Source: Macrostomum lignano
Taxonomy: Eukaryota
Length of the DNA: 64,000 nucleotides
Direction of reading: 5' to 3'
Assembly (NCBI GenBank): GCA_002269645.1
Contig: NIVC01002658.1
Span: 1 to 64,000 of the forward strand
Under the pieces are notes generated by a model. The model saw nothing but the letters and a program-made list of their open reading frames with translations, was not told the DNA's origin and searched no databases. Position 1 is the first letter of the stretch; the number at the start of each line of letters is the position of its first letter. Shown piece after piece: positions 18,783 to 52,930 of this stretch. The position numbers and the translations under genes are program-made.

Positions 18783-21394
18783 AACAATAAGCAAGCGACA
18801 AAAATATTTATGCAAATCTTAGCTACATACAAGTATTTAACTTGGCTCCTAATTAAGCAGTAAGCCTTGACATCTCAGAAATCCCCCAGTAAGCCTTGGC
18901 ATTCGACACGTTTGACATGACGCAACTTTTGAGTTAACTTTTAACTTAATATTTTTAATTTAATCATTTTCTTCGCTAGTGCAATAATCCTTGTCTCGTC
19001 CAGTGCAATAATCATTTTCTTATTTAGCTCGTAGTGCAATAATAATCCCTTTCTAAGCATAAGTGCAATAATCTCTTTTTCAGCCGCTACATTCAGATCG
19101 CTGCATTAGCAGTTCAGTCTGTTCACATACATATACATGTATATATATATATATAGCTCTCATCGAAATTTTAAAATGAATTGTGGCGCTTATAAGTCAA
19201 CAGTCGACACACCAAACAGTTAAATTAAAGTCACACAGTATATCAGTTTCAACTAAAGTTAAAACAAATGGTTGCGAAATCTGCATGTACATGTAAATAA
19301 AGTCTGGTGCTATACTGTATGCTTCCAGACTGTGTTTTCTGGATATAGCTATAGCTATATATTATAGTATATGGACAGTGGTCCTTGATTGCGTCATGAG
19401 CTCTGATTTAGCCAGTATACAGACGATAAATAAAAAGCCTAGTATGATGCAATCAGAATCAGAATCTGAATTCAACCACAGTTTTTTCTCTACATGCAGC
19501 ATTCTTACAAATAATGCATTTCAAGCCGAAAAGTCTGCTTGACTTTGCAAAAAGCATGATGTTTTACGAATATTTAATCCCTTTACCATTGAGCAATTTC
19601 TTAGCCAAGACACATGGGCCGTCATGGGAAAATCGGTTGAGCCGCGCTTCTCTCTGAAATCAATCGGCGACAATCGCATATGGATGTAACGACAAACAAC
19701 TCGATCATTTTTAGTTTAGTTAGCTAGTAGGATAGGATTTAGTATATTTTAGTATATTTTAGGATTTAGCAGATAGAAATATTAGAGATTTAGTATATTT
19801 AGAATTATTTTGAGCTTTAGAATAACGCTAAACATTATTTCACCGGTACCGGAGAAATAACGAGGGCCTTAGAATATATATGTACAACGCCAAAAAGTCT
19901 GCAAATGCGTGTGTTTAAAAATTTACTTATTGCAACTACTGTGAGAATAGATAGATAGTCAAATATTTTTTATTATCTGTGTCTTGCAATTTGTTGTAAC
20001 GATGGAGAAGCCTTTTCGAACTTGTCTTTTTCTTAGAAATACCCAATATCAATTTACTGGCGTGGAACTTATAATATGCTTACTTATGCTTACAAATGAA
20101 ACAAATGAGCATGCTTACAAATGAAACAAATGAGCATGCTTACTTATGCTTAGTATGCCACAAATGAAAAAAGACTCAGAAAAGAGCTCTCCGGAGCTGC
20201 TAAAATTTACGATGTCATGTACAGTTACATTTATTTACCTGAAATATTCAGCATGTTTTATATACATGTATAGCAGTAAAGTACTGAGTCCGCGTTTTCT
20301 TATTATTCCCACCATCACGATTCACGTCCTTGGTACGGTTCCTTGGCGCATTTCTGCAGAGAAGTTTCTATTTCTATAGAAAAAAATTCTATTTTATGAC
20401 CATAAGTCGTTAGATGGTTTTTAAGGCCTTCAAACAGTATATTTACATGTATACAATAATCGCCAAATATTATGAGCAATCCTTATACTCAATATTTTTC
20501 ATTGACAGATGAATGCATACAATCTATTGCATTTTGGATGAACCCTTGTTTGCATCAAAGCCATACGGTACCTGTTTTTAGTCCATCTGTAAAAACTGCA
20601 AAAAACCCTATGTGCTCTTTCAAATTTTATATTTTATACAATTTTGTTGTCATCTAATTAATATCTATATAATTTACTTTTTTAACGTAAGGACTAAGCT
20701 GTTTTGTGCAATACCGCCAACTACATGCATAAATTTCACGCAATACTTTTTTTAACTCCTTGCTTTTTCTTTCGCTTCGTTAATTGTGCAAGTTTTGTTA
20801 ATAACATTTCCACATTTTTTTTTCAAATACTATATTGCAAAACTGGTACTAATCATAATTAAATAACTAATGCTAAAATATTGTATCCTATTCCTGAAGT
20901 AATCTTAAATACACAGAAATATATTGGCCAAACAGGCTTCTTGCCTGAGCCAAAAAAAATAATAATATGTGCGACATGACTAGTGGCATACATGCGTAAC
21001 CTTGGGAATCACTTGGCCATTTCTATTGGCAATACACATATGTAAGTCGCTATTGGCTGAGAGTAGTCACGTGACTACTATTCCGGCCAATAGTGACTTA
21101 CATGTGTGTGTTGCCAGGGTTTTTTTTTTGTGCGCAGAGTGTGCGTATGCACCCTAAATTTTAAAATCGCACCCTGAAATTAAAAAAGTAGGTGCGGTTT
21201 AGGTGCGGTCTTATAACCATTTTTCTTTAAAGGCTTAACCATGCTTAAGCTATTTTTTATGCACTGCCTTAAAATATGAAACAAAATAACTCTTTAAGTT
21301 TAAATCCTATTAAGTCATATAGGCGATATAGCCTATAGCTATAGCCTTATGTAAGATATTAAAATATACATTCCCAGTTGTCTGAAATGTGAGC

Positions 21395-23320
21395 AATGTG
21401 AGGGTTTCACGAGAGATATTCAGACAAAGGCTCCCTAAAACACGCCCCGCACCGGGCCCCGAACTGCTACACATTATAACATTTTTTGTCAATGCAGTAT
21501 TTGATTGCAAGGAAAAGTTAAAATAGTAATGGAATAAATATCTTTATTTATTTTTTTAAATATTATTATTTTTTATATTCTCGTTTTCATTATTAAATTA
21601 TAATATTATTATTTTATTAATATTATTATTAATATCACTTATTGTTCACCAAATTTTATATTTCAAAGTAAAAAAAACTAAATTTAATAAAAACTTGAAG
21701 CTTAACAGAAAACGCATTCTGAAGTGTCTTTAGTTATAGTCCAATTTGTTTTAATGTGAAGCGCTGCAGGGCGGTGTGGGGCGTGTTTTAGGGAGACCCA
21801 TTCAGACAGACATTCAAAATGATTGTCTGTAACTTCAAACAAAATTGACCCACTTCAACCATCTTTTTGGCAAATACTTACGCAAGTGTTGGGCGTCAAA
21901 TAAGCTTTAATTTATTAACTGAAGTAAAAATCCTTCTGACATACATTGATTTAAAAATTGCTTAGCAACACTAGCTCTGATTAGAAATCGCTTTACTGTT
22001 GACTAAAATTGTTTTGATCGTAGCAGCCTAAAAGCAGATACTGGATTTAAAAATGCTTCGATTTACTCTATACGCATGTCTCAGCTTTAAAATGACACCT
22101 CAGGCGTCGCAAAAGACAGCTTTGATGCTGAGATATTCGACACTAAACATGCATTGCTTTGCGCAATCTCACATTCAGAAATTTCACTGATTTTTTGTCG
22201 ATATTTGTGCAGTTGCCATGTCCTTGTTTTTTATCAGAATCTTGTCAAATTCTAGTCATGTCTATACGCATGTCTCAGCTTTAAAATGACACCTCAGGCA
22301 TTGCAAAAGACAGCTTTGATGCTGAGATATTCGACACTAAACATTGCTTTGCTCAAACTCACATTCGGAAACTTCACTGATTTTTATTCAATATTTGTTC
22401 AGATGCTTGTCTACTTCTCCATTTATTAACCATCGCATGGAGCCTTGCTAACGTACAAGTGTATGTAGTTACAGTAAATGGGGTTTTTGTGACTCACTTA
22501 AACTTGTTTACGCATTCTACAGCTATTCGCCGCCTTTCATTGGAGTGATTCATGGAGTCCAGTTGATAAATTTCCACAAATTGGACTGCTTCTACGTCAG
22601 AGCTTACAAAAACCCCATTTACTGTAACTACATACACTTGTACATCAGCAAGGCTCCATGCGATGGTTAACAAATGGAGAAGTAGACAAGCATCTGAACA
22701 AATATTGAATAAAAATCAGTGAAGTTTCCGAATGTGAGTTTGAGCAAAGCAATGTTTAGTGTCGAATATCTCAGCATCAAAGCTGTCTTTTGCAATGCCT
22801 GAGGTGTCATTTTAAAGCTGAGACACGCACATAGACATGACTAGAATTTGACAAGACTCTGATGAAAAACAAGGACATGGCAACTGCACAAATATCGACA
22901 AAAAATCAGTGAAATTTCTGAATGTGAGATTGCGCAAAGCAATGCATGTTTAGTGTCGAATATCTCAGCATCAAAGCTGTCTTTTGCGACGCCTGAGGTG
23001 TCATTTTAAAGCTGAGACATGCGTATAGAGTAAATCGAAGCATTTTTAAATCCAGTATCTGCTTTTAGGCTGCTATGATCAAAACAATTTTAGTCAACAG
23101 TAAAGCGATTTCTAATCAGAGCTAGTGTTGCTAAGCAATTTTTAAATCAATGTATGTCAGAAGGATTTTTACTTCAGTTAATAAATTAAAGCTTATTTGA
23201 CGCCCAACACTTGCGTAAGTATTTGCCAAAAAGATGGTTGAAGCGGGTCAATTTTGTTTAAAGTTACAGACAATCGTTTCGAATGTCTGTCTGAATATCT
23301 CTCGTGAAACCCTCACATTC
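21395..23320. repeat. Foldback structure: about 720-bp near-identical inverted arms around a roughly 115-bp spacer
   Basis: 21395-21426 plus 21800-22491 is the reverse complement of 22605-23320 with few mismatches. Each arm carries an internal duplication of about 190 bp. Confidence 0.9.
21427..21799. mobile_element. MITE with about 28-bp TIRs and 9-bp TSD (Mutator-like)
   Basis: TIRs GGGCTCCCTAAAACACGCCCCGCACCG and CGGTGTGGGGCGTGTTTTAGGGAGACCC; TSD ATTCAGACA (21418-26, 21800-08). The other foldback arm shows the empty site. Confidence 0.8.
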
Positions 23321-23509
23321 TAAACAAGACTCAAGAGAAATTGCACTCTGAGCCTTAAAATCGCACCTTGAAATTTGGCACAAGGTGCGATTTCGCACCT
23401 TATCTCTGGCGAAAAAAAAACCCAGTGTGTTGCCAATCAATAGAAACGGTCGGGTGAATCCCTAGGTTGCGCCCAAGTATGCTAGTGACCACTGACCAGC
23501 AGGCAGCTT

Positions 23510-23846
23510 GCTCCATCAATATTCATAAAGCTTTTTGTTCAAAGAATTAGGATTTTATGTTAATTTTTTATTTTACATACATTTTCTATATCCAACAATC
23601 ATAAAAATGCATGGCACAGCTCCAATCTTTGGTTTTATGAATCTATTTTATCATCTCTGTTACAAATATTTGTTACACAGTCATCTAAGAATGATTAAAA
23701 TAGACTCATAAAACCAAACAGCACAGTGTGCCATTTTAATGGTTTTTAGGCACAAGATACATGCAAATGTACATAGAATAAAAATTAGGCCTAATATAAA
23801 ATCTAATTCTTTGAACAAAAAGCTTAATGAATATCAATAGAGCAAT
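23510..23846. mobile_element. Palindromic MITE of about 335 bp
   Basis: Ends ATATTCATAAAGCTTTTTGTTCAAAGAATTAG and CTAATTCTTTGAACAAAAAGCTTAATGAATAT, with further internal complementarity. Confidence 0.65.
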
Positions 23847-24792
23847 AAGAAAGGCACAACATATCAAAAGATGAACACTGGATCTGCCTCCAATCAAAAG
23901 CAATAACATTTTTGTGCTAAAAAATGAAAACTTCCTATCTCCATAGTGTATTTTTTGAAAATGCTTGCCTTCATAAATTTTCTAAGAAACAAGGTTCCTC
24001 ATCCTTCTAAAGTCGTCCTTGGCAATACCATTGGGGACCAAACATTTCTATGAAAATTTGCTTCCAAGAACTATGCACATTTTAAATAAATTTGACATTG
24101 CATTACCACTTCTCATATTCTCTGGCTGGTTCAGCTAAAATTTGCAGAGTTGCCATAATGTCTGGTTGACGAAATGCAGGTTGACAAAATGCCAGTTGAC
24201 AAAATGTCCAGTAATGAGTAAATTATGTATGTTTGTTTTAACTCTAAAAAGTGCATTCACTGCAGACCACAAAATTCTAGGACCCGCATCTAATTTGTCT
24301 ACTAGAAAAAGTTGTTTTGTTTGCCCCTTTGCCAGCAGATGAAATCACTGCATATCCTTCAATTGACCCCCCTTAATGTGGCCTCCTTAATAGAAAATCC
24401 TAGATATGCCATTGCCATATATAGGCATATAAGTTAATATATTCCTTATTAGGATTAGTATTCTACAAAAACTATAGATATATAAAAAAAGCTTTTAGAT
24501 GTGCCACACTATGCAAGCAATTTTTTTCAAGATTGTAACATTACTATACTATACTACCACTATTTGTGCTTTTTTATGCTAGTACTTAATACTAGGCTAG
24601 TACTAGTAGTAGGCCTACATGGTATTTTATTTTCATATTGTATCAACACTAAAGTTGAAAACTATATTAGATAACATTTGCAAAAAAGACTAGTTAGTCC
24701 AATATGGTTAATAACTTAATATATAAGTATACTTACCATATAGAGGCACATAACTCAAAAAATGCTATACTTAAGGAAAACTCTTATTTGTA

Positions 24793-25780
24793 AAAGGGGT
24801 GTCCAAAAAGTAGTGGTACTTTTAACCGTAGCTCTTGTTCTATAGCTTCCTGTGATTTAAAATTTTATGAACTGATAGTGGCAAATCTCTTCTACAGACT
24901 GCTTTTTGAATTTAAAAAATTGATATTAGAGAACAAAAGTTATACCCACAAAAGTAACAGTACCTGTACCATAGAGTTACACAAACTATATTGAAATTTA
25001 TAATAGTCAACTTCTGCACTCATTCATTAAGAAGGCATCAATAAATGTCTTGTTTAAGCAATACCAAAGCCCAATTGCAAAATGATACTCACTGTGACTG
25101 ACTGAAATTTGTCTATGGATAAGATCATACGCAGAAAAATAAAGCATTAAATTCATTAATTTACTTGCAAACAGAGGAGCTTGCATTTTGTGATTTGTTC
25201 ATGATTTCATTGCCCATACTCAACAACACACATGGATGTGCACTCAGTTGTTGCTTAGCAAAGTACCATCTTCACTCTTTGGGGCGCTGGCCATAGTGCC
25301 TTAGAAATTCATGCAATCTTTGCTCTGCACATGGATCCTCTGCGGTCAGCAAAATGATAGTTTATCTATGGATTGAGCAGTTCAGCGAGGGAAGGACTGA
25401 CTTGGCAGATCAGCATCAGACGGGGTGGCCATACATTCATCAACCTGATGTACTGGTAGACTCCATTCTGGATCTTCTTGACAAGGACTCCCAAATGACC
25501 ATTAGAGAGATTGCTGACAGGTTGGACAAGCCAAAATCAACAATTCATTGAAGCTTACTCAGCATGGATCTTGTGAAGCTCAGCCTATAATTTGTACTAT
25601 ATGGTATAGGTACTGTTACTTTCATGGGTATAACTTTTGTTCTCTGGTATCAATTTTAAAAATTCAAAAAGCAGTCTGTAGAAGAGATTTGCCGCTATCA
25701 GTTCAAAAAATTTTAAATCACAGGAAGCTATAGAACAAGAGCTACGGTTAAAAGTATCACTACTTTTTGGATACCCCTCA
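24793..25780 (+). mobile_element. Degenerate, internally deleted mariner-type element with about 120-bp inverted ends
   Basis: TA-flanked GGGGT(G/A)TCCAAAAAGTAGTG ends; 24793-24912 is inverted at 25660-25780; internal HTH remnant WIEQFSEGRTDLAD..MTIREIADRL (25354-25551). Confidence 0.75.
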
Positions 25781-27564
25781 TAATAAGGTGTCTTAGGCAA
25801 TCATGTGTCATATGCACATATTATGTAGCAAGGGGCTTACCAATCTTTTTTGATTGGCCTATATGTTGCTACATATACTAATTACTAATATATTAATTAC
25901 TAATTATTTAATTAATTAATTACTAATATACTAATACTTGGTACTAATTACTAATGCCATTATGCTATAGCAAAGAAGTTTTTTAGGCCTTGCCTAGAAG
26001 GGGTATGGTCTTGCCTAAAAGGGGTATTAATAGGAGATACTAATATCGATACTATACAATTTTATCCCCTTTTTCTATTTTATTCTTTAGACATCTCTTA
26101 GTTTATTGGCATACAAGATTTAGATATAATCTAATCTGTCTAGCAATGGCATATAAAGCAAAACATTCTAGGGACTATAGTATATAAATAGGCTAATTAA
26201 CTTTATATGAATATATTATAATTATATTATAGGTTAGATGGCCCAATTGCAATGCATAGACATTTTGGCAAATAGTATCTAGCAAAAATTATCTTGGTAA
26301 TGCATAATAACATCGCATAGAATGAGATAGTTAAGTCTATATTGTAAGGAATACAAAATCCTATTTTGCCAATCCCAGATTTCTTGTGATTAGTATATCT
26401 TGGACTTCAAAAATCTTTCAATAAACCTAACTTCAATGAATTAGGCCAGTATCCTGGGATTAAAAAAGCTTCTAATCTTTGTTAGTGCAATTTTGGTTTA
26501 TAAAGCTGTGTAATCTGATTCTATCTTTTCTAATTTCAATAATAAAATTAGAATCAAAATAAATTATTTTTCAAACAAGAAACTAACAGTGAGATTTAAA
26601 TTGAGTGTGATATATAGGCTGGCATAATAGATATGTTTTTATAGCTTAGGAAGATCACATTTGATTGTGATATAACCTGGGGAATGATAGCTTATGTTAC
26701 AGAGCTATGGCCTGAAATACTAATATCAGGGTAAAAGGGGATTAGATCTCATCCTCCCAGGGCACCTGCCCTAGATAAAGAATTGGTAGCTTCAGTTTTG
26801 GTCCAATAGCAAGGTTCTACCTGTCCAACCCATCCAAACTAGATAGGTAAAATGGCCACCAGCCAAGGTAAGTCACAAAATTGAAAATGCAGAAAACAAA
26901 AAAATGGGGGAAGAAAGAAAAGAGAGGAAGAGAAAAGGAAAAGAAAGGAGGAAAAAGAGAGAGAGGGAAAAGAGGAAAGATAAAGAGGAAGAGAAGAAAA
27001 GAGAAAAGGCAAGAAAAGTCATATACAAAGTGAAAATTAAGTTGCAATTGGGGGAATTAAGTTGCAATTGGGAGGAACTAAGTTGCTATATGTATACAAA
27101 ACACATTATTACATCTTAAAATTCTTTACAATCTGCTAATAGTTTCTGTTTCATATCCTTGCAGCCCTAGCATTCTACTCAGTAGCTTGCATAATTGAAA
27201 GGTTAATAAATTAAAGCAGGACAACTAGGTTATTATTTTTACCTGACAAGTATCTTAGCTTCAGATAATGCTACTTGAGAATGAATTATTGAATTATTGC
27301 AAAGCAGGATTGCAATCCTAGTGGTCAATCCCAGGATTTGATTGACCAATAAAGATATTTGTCAATCAATAATATTGACCAATAAAACAATCAATATTCA
27401 ATAAAGATATTGATTTTGACTTTTTTAAACAAAAATTGGAATAGGTGATAAATTTTAAAAGTAATTTTATAACAATCTTTCTATCTAAATAAAGATAGGC
27501 TTGTATGTTGGTTTCCCAATTTCAACTTCAATTTCAATCCTGGCTAAATATTGCAGAATCACAG

Positions 27565-28035
27565 ATGAGCCACCAATTTGTTCACCTCAAAGACCTGCGC
27601 CCAATGCAGAAAAATGTTAATGTGCACTTCATAGTACTAGAAGTATACGATCCAACGCGTACCAAGGATGGCAACGAGGTTCGCAATGTCAGCATCGCCG
27701 ACCGGACTGGCCGGATGACCCTGGCCCTTTGGAATGACCATGGCCGCCAAGTTCATCCTGGCGACATCTGCCGCGTACTGAACGGCCTCACCACCGTGTT
27801 CAAACAGGAGATGACGCTCAATGTTGGAAAGAATGGCGAATTGCAGAAAACTGGCGACTTTATGATGGTGTTCTCCGAGAAGCCGAACCTTAGCGAGATG
27901 ACGCCAGACATGCTGGCCAAGATGCAGGAGATGAACGCGGCCAAGGCTGCGCCGCAGTCCGGCTCCGGCGGCGCTCCGTCAGCTGGCCGAGCCCGGGGCG
28001 GGCCGTCATTTAGCAGCGGCTGGGGCAAGACTTGA
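27565..28035 (+). CDS. NABP: SOSS complex subunit B / single-stranded DNA-binding protein (OB fold), intronless, 156 aa
   Basis: HLKDLRPMQKNVNVHFIVLEV..TRTKDGNEVR..IADRTG...LALWND.G..VHPGDI..LQKTGDFMMVFSEKPNLSE matches the hSSB1/2 OB fold; short Gly/Arg tail. The likely start is ATG 27565, downstream of an AG acceptor at 27555-27556. Confidence 0.93.
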   Translation: MSHQFVHLKDLRPMQKNVNVHFIVLEVYDPTRTKDGNEVRNVSIADRTGRMTLALWNDHGRQVHPGDICRVLNGLTTVFKQEMTLNVGKNGELQKTGDFMMVFSEKPNLSEMTPDMLAKMQEMNAAKAAPQSGSGGAPSAGRARGGPSFSSGWGKT

Positions 28036-30048
28036 AGCTTGTACTATTAATAATTCTGCTGTTCAACATTGCGAATGCCTGCTAAATGTGACCTAATAGG
28101 AGTAGAGAAATTGAAAGTCATCACAAGGAAAAGCTGTAACTCCCGAGCCTCCTGGCTAACCCGGCTAACATTCAAAGCAAATTTTGGTTTCATAGACTGG
28201 GGTAGCGTGCGTATTGAGCATTTATATAATATCTAAAATTTTGACTGGCTTTAACTTGTGACTTCCCCGATACATTAACATACTATCTTACCATTTAAAT
28301 CAGAAAAAGCAGAAAGATTTAGTAGTTTGGGCTTGTCTTTCGACTGTAAATAGTGCACCCTGTTATCTTCTTATGAGCCAAAAAACAGCTTAATGTAAAG
28401 GAAAAGTGCGTACACAAAGGTTGCTGTCTCTTGTAGCAATTCAGATAAAAAGTCTTCTTTCCGCGCTGAGTACAATTTTTTATTTAGTTATTCGTTGCAT
28501 TTAGGTCTGGCTACCTTTTCTGGGTCGTTAATTATATGTTTTAATTGCTAAGTCTGATGTGACGATAATTACTTCAATAATTTCTTTGCTTCGGTGTTTT
28601 TGTGCGCTTTCTGCTCTCCTGTGCCACGCGCCACATGTAGTTAATACAACATAAAAAAATAATGCATTTTCGATGCGTTATCCGTGCTTTGCTGCTCATA
28701 AAACTGCACTGCATATGTCTTTAAGTTTTTTGCGTTTACTTAAAGTATTTTTTTATTCCAAAACTCAACCCCAATTAGTTAAAAATTAACATTCTTAAAA
28801 GAATTGCATCTGAATCACATTATTTTTCAAGTACATTATTGATAAAACTAGCTGCTGTCGTGTTTATAATCTCTTTTACGATACGTTAAAACTAAGATTG
28901 GCGAACGAAAGTGTATTTTTTCGATCCTTCGTCAAGATTATTCGTCAGCAAGCAAGATATTCGCTAGCCGAAGTTTGCCAGTCTATATTGTTTACACGAG
29001 TGTCAATTCACAGGTACAAGGTGGCATGCACATGTACCAATGCAATACAGTATAAAAATCAAGGTGCATACACATTTACTAGGCACACCCAAGGACCACT
29101 GGACTGAAGTCACTTTGTTAAACTTCTTACTTCTTCTTAAGTCTTCTTAAGTAGTCCTTAAGCACACCATGTCTACTACTGGCTCTATGCTCGCTTAGGT
29201 CAAAATATTTAGCGAACTGTACCAATAATTTACAATGTGATATTAAAAGAAATTATTACAAAAAATGAGCAGAGATGACACTGCAGTAGTTTTTTTTCTA
29301 CACGTCGTGCACCGTACAGTTGACGGCGCAAACAGTGTAAAAGCTGCAAAGCATAAAAACTCTTACAAAAAATGCATTTATATCATTATGGGGATACAGT
29401 TTTTACATAAATTTTCATTTATTTGTACGTCGGCCGCCTAGAGTGATGTCTCATTCGACGGGTGCGAACTGCATATGAACCCTTACCTAAAGAGTACATG
29501 CTCTTGCATAAGTTGTGGTGTAATAAACAATACAGTACATGTAACACTTGATTTATTTATGAATTCCTGTGATGAAATCTGCTGGCGAACGTGCGGCTAG
29601 CTAACGGCTGGGATCGTCTTTTGATTGGTCGGTGTGAAAGCCTGAAACGTCGACTCGTACAAGTGTTGCATTTTATTTTAATAAATGGTTACTGCACTAT
29701 TTAAGCTTCAAAGTTTTTAAAGGCTAACAAAAGCTGACGACTTATTGTTAGTTTTGTTTAGATTTGTTTTATTTACAGCGACTCATTATCATTTCTTACG
29801 ATTTTTAAAATTTAATTTGTTGTCAAGAATATTATACTCATCGTATAGTATAGTATAGGTCGGCTTTATAGTCTGTAATTGACTGAATTACGAGGAAACT
29901 GCACTTTTGACGTTATCAAGGCTTTTTTAGTCTTCTTGTAAAAAAATTCGCGCAACTATTTTATCAATTAAGTTATTTTGCGTAGCTAATATTAATAATA
30001 ATATAATATTACTGTTTAGTTTAACAGAGTGAAAGAAATCATTACGAA

Positions 30049-42867
<12,819 letters not shown>

Positions 42868-44719
42868 CTGTCTGCGTATCCGGTGTAGCCAGGGAAATTG
42901 TCCCAGCTTTTCTCTGGCTTCCCCCCTCTTGGCTTCTGCCCGCCCTCATTCCTGCCCAGCCTAGCCCAATTTCATTCACCTGAGCCGCGTACGATTTACA
43001 TTTTTGAGCAATTATTTCTATTTATTAATTTATTAAACCGTTTTTTCTGTCTATATGTTGCATATTTATCTGTTGCTTTCCCAACTCTGCTGGAACTGCG
43101 CTAAAACTGGATAAAAATAACTGACACTGTGGCGCAGTGTCCGGGTATGCCGCCTTTTAAACTAATTTATTGCATTGGTCAATCAGTGTTCAAATTGCCG
43201 CGCAAAGCACTTTGCCTCTAGAGACGTCTCACACTTTACTGTACCTTACTGATACAATCATTAATTCGCTATGAGATTAGTAGTTTCCTACAGCAGTCAT
43301 CGGTGTAGCAGATAATAGTAGTTGCTGGATTAGCTGAGAGCCAGTGCAGAATCTCAGATGAGATGCTAATCAAGTGTTAATTTGTAAACGCGCTCCGTTC
43401 ACGCGAGCTTATGTTAAGTTTCCCTTGGATACTGTTGTCACACAAATTAGCTGTCTAACAAAAATTTAATATAGTTTAAATTGATTTCCCTCGGCCAAGC
43501 AGTGCTTATTGCATTCGTGATATAAATTAATCAGTTATCTTTCTGTCACAAAACCTATTCTGGCCTGGAAGAGCTCTACAAACCGGTTCGGTCTATGCTT
43601 AAACTGTTCTACTTTTTAACCCCCCCCCCGTTTTTGCACCCTTGGATAAACTTTCAATTTTTTGTCTCCAGCTTCAGCCATTGCTAAATATTTTGCTGAC
43701 AATGGACAATATTAGCGCTGGTCAATTTGAAACACTATGCAAAGAGACTTTGTTGCCACCAAATGCTGAATGCTGAATATATATTAATAATATAAAAATT
43801 GATGTGCTATTTTTGTTTGAAACGGCTTAGTGAATTTTAATTGGCTCATCAATTAATCATTTAAACAAAAATGTTTTTTTTTAAACAACGATTTCAATAT
43901 TAATTTACACACTACTAATGGTAGCAGTTTAGTAGGGTAAGTGGCTTTCATGACCCTAAATAAAAACTTAGTCTTTATAAAAAGATTTCCGCTGCAATTA
44001 TAATAGTTAAAATCCAATACACTAAGTAGTATTACCGGTATATCTGGATCGAAAATTGGAGCCATTTAAAAGCTCGTTTTATTACAAGTTGTTTTAATCA
44101 AGCGTCTGCAGAGACAGTAAAGGATTTGCAGTAGAATAGCTCGTGCTAAAATGAAGCTAAGAGATGTTTTCAAACGTAACGATAATTTCGTTCTCGTTAC
44201 CTTTGGAAACACGCTTGGTAATTCCTATGTAGTTGAAGTTCAATTAATAAGAGCGCATAATGAAGATTAAGTACAGACAGGGAGTAAATTGCGCAGGATA
44301 GTACTAATAGTAGCCAGTGCCCTCAGAAATGAATATAATCATCCAGTAAGGTCAGGGAATATCAGGAAGAGGACAATGAGACAGCAGTAGGCATTTGTAC
44401 AGTATAAATTGTACTCACAGAATTATTGTCAGGTGCAAATGAAGGTCAGCAGACAGAATGACTGATTATAGAAATCAGAGCAAGAGATTATAAAAGATTG
44501 AAATTGAGCGCACACTGGTATCAGTGTGAGGTGATGACAAAAAGTCAAGTATAGACTTATCAGTTAGGGCTGACGAGGAGGCTGGAGGTGTATATGGCTA
44601 TATATACTCGTATATATATATATATATATATATTAATCATTAAAGTTTCTCTACGCTCTATTGCTACTATGAGTAGACATAATCAGATACTGATTGCCCG
44701 CAGAGTAGTAGTTAACCAT

Positions 44720-52112
<7,393 letters not shown>

Positions 52113-52705
52113 CTGCGGGGTGGCCGGACAAATTATTAATATTAATTACTGAGGTAAAACAACAGGTCTAAGCTGCATAGATATTCAGATCAGGGAACAC
52201 GGAGCGGGAGACATGGAAGTGACACTCCCACGCAAATTCAAGATGCCAAATTGAAATCCAGGATGCCAGCTGGCATTAACCAAAAAGTTCAATCCCTACC
52301 CTTTACATTGCTGAGCATCCAGCACTGCGTTCTGCAGGCTCGATTCCAAGTGCAGTCACATTAATTTGGAGCTAAATTGGAATCTCTGCTCGTGCAATTA
52401 ACGGCCTTGAGGGCCAACCCCACAAGGCTCAGTGAAGTGTACATGCCTAACTGTGAGCGTGTGCCTGTGCGTATGACTGCGTACGTATCCGCGCCATGGA
52501 TGAAGGAATAGAAAGGATCGCTCATCTGAAAGCGAGTCTACGGCCAAGACTTCCTAAAAATTGGGATATTCCCCCCATGAATTTCATTGGCTGCTGGAAT
52601 TTAATAATAGTACCCTCCCCCCCCCCAAGTTCTTACTGGCTGAAGCTTGTACGCCGGTTTCAGATGAGCGAGCCTTTCTATTGCTTCATCCATGATCCAC
52701 GCGCT

Positions 52706-52930
52706 TGTGTGCCTGCTCAGGGGAGTTGGCGGAATGGGCAGTAATGCCTCTCGCCGGTTGTGTGCCTGCTCAGGGGAGTTGGCGGAATGGGCAGCAATGC
52801 CTCTCGCCGGTTGTGTGCCTGCTCAGGGGAGTTGGCGGAATGGGCAGTAATGCCTCTCGCCGGTTGTGTGCCTGCTCAGGGGAGTTGGCGGAATGGACAG
52901 TAATGCCTCTCGCCGGTTGTGTGCCTGCAG
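52706..52930. repeat. 53-bp tandem repeat, about 4 copies
   Basis: TGTGTGCCTGCTCAGGGGAGTTGGCGGAATGGGCAGTAATGCCTCTCGCCGGT. Confidence 0.9.

Larger units (their letters stand above)
21115..23425. mobile_element. Non-autonomous hAT-like element
   Basis: Termini CAGGGTTTTTTTTTT and AAAAAAAAACCCAG, 8-bp TSD TGTGTTGC (21107-14, 23426-33) and subterminal TCGCACC repeats. Confidence 0.75.
20979..23486. mobile_element. About 190-bp palindromic MITE (centre AGTAGTCACGTGACTACT) split by later insertions
   Basis: The left arm 20979-21070 is an imperfect reverse complement of 21071-21114 plus 23434-23486. Confidence 0.7.
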
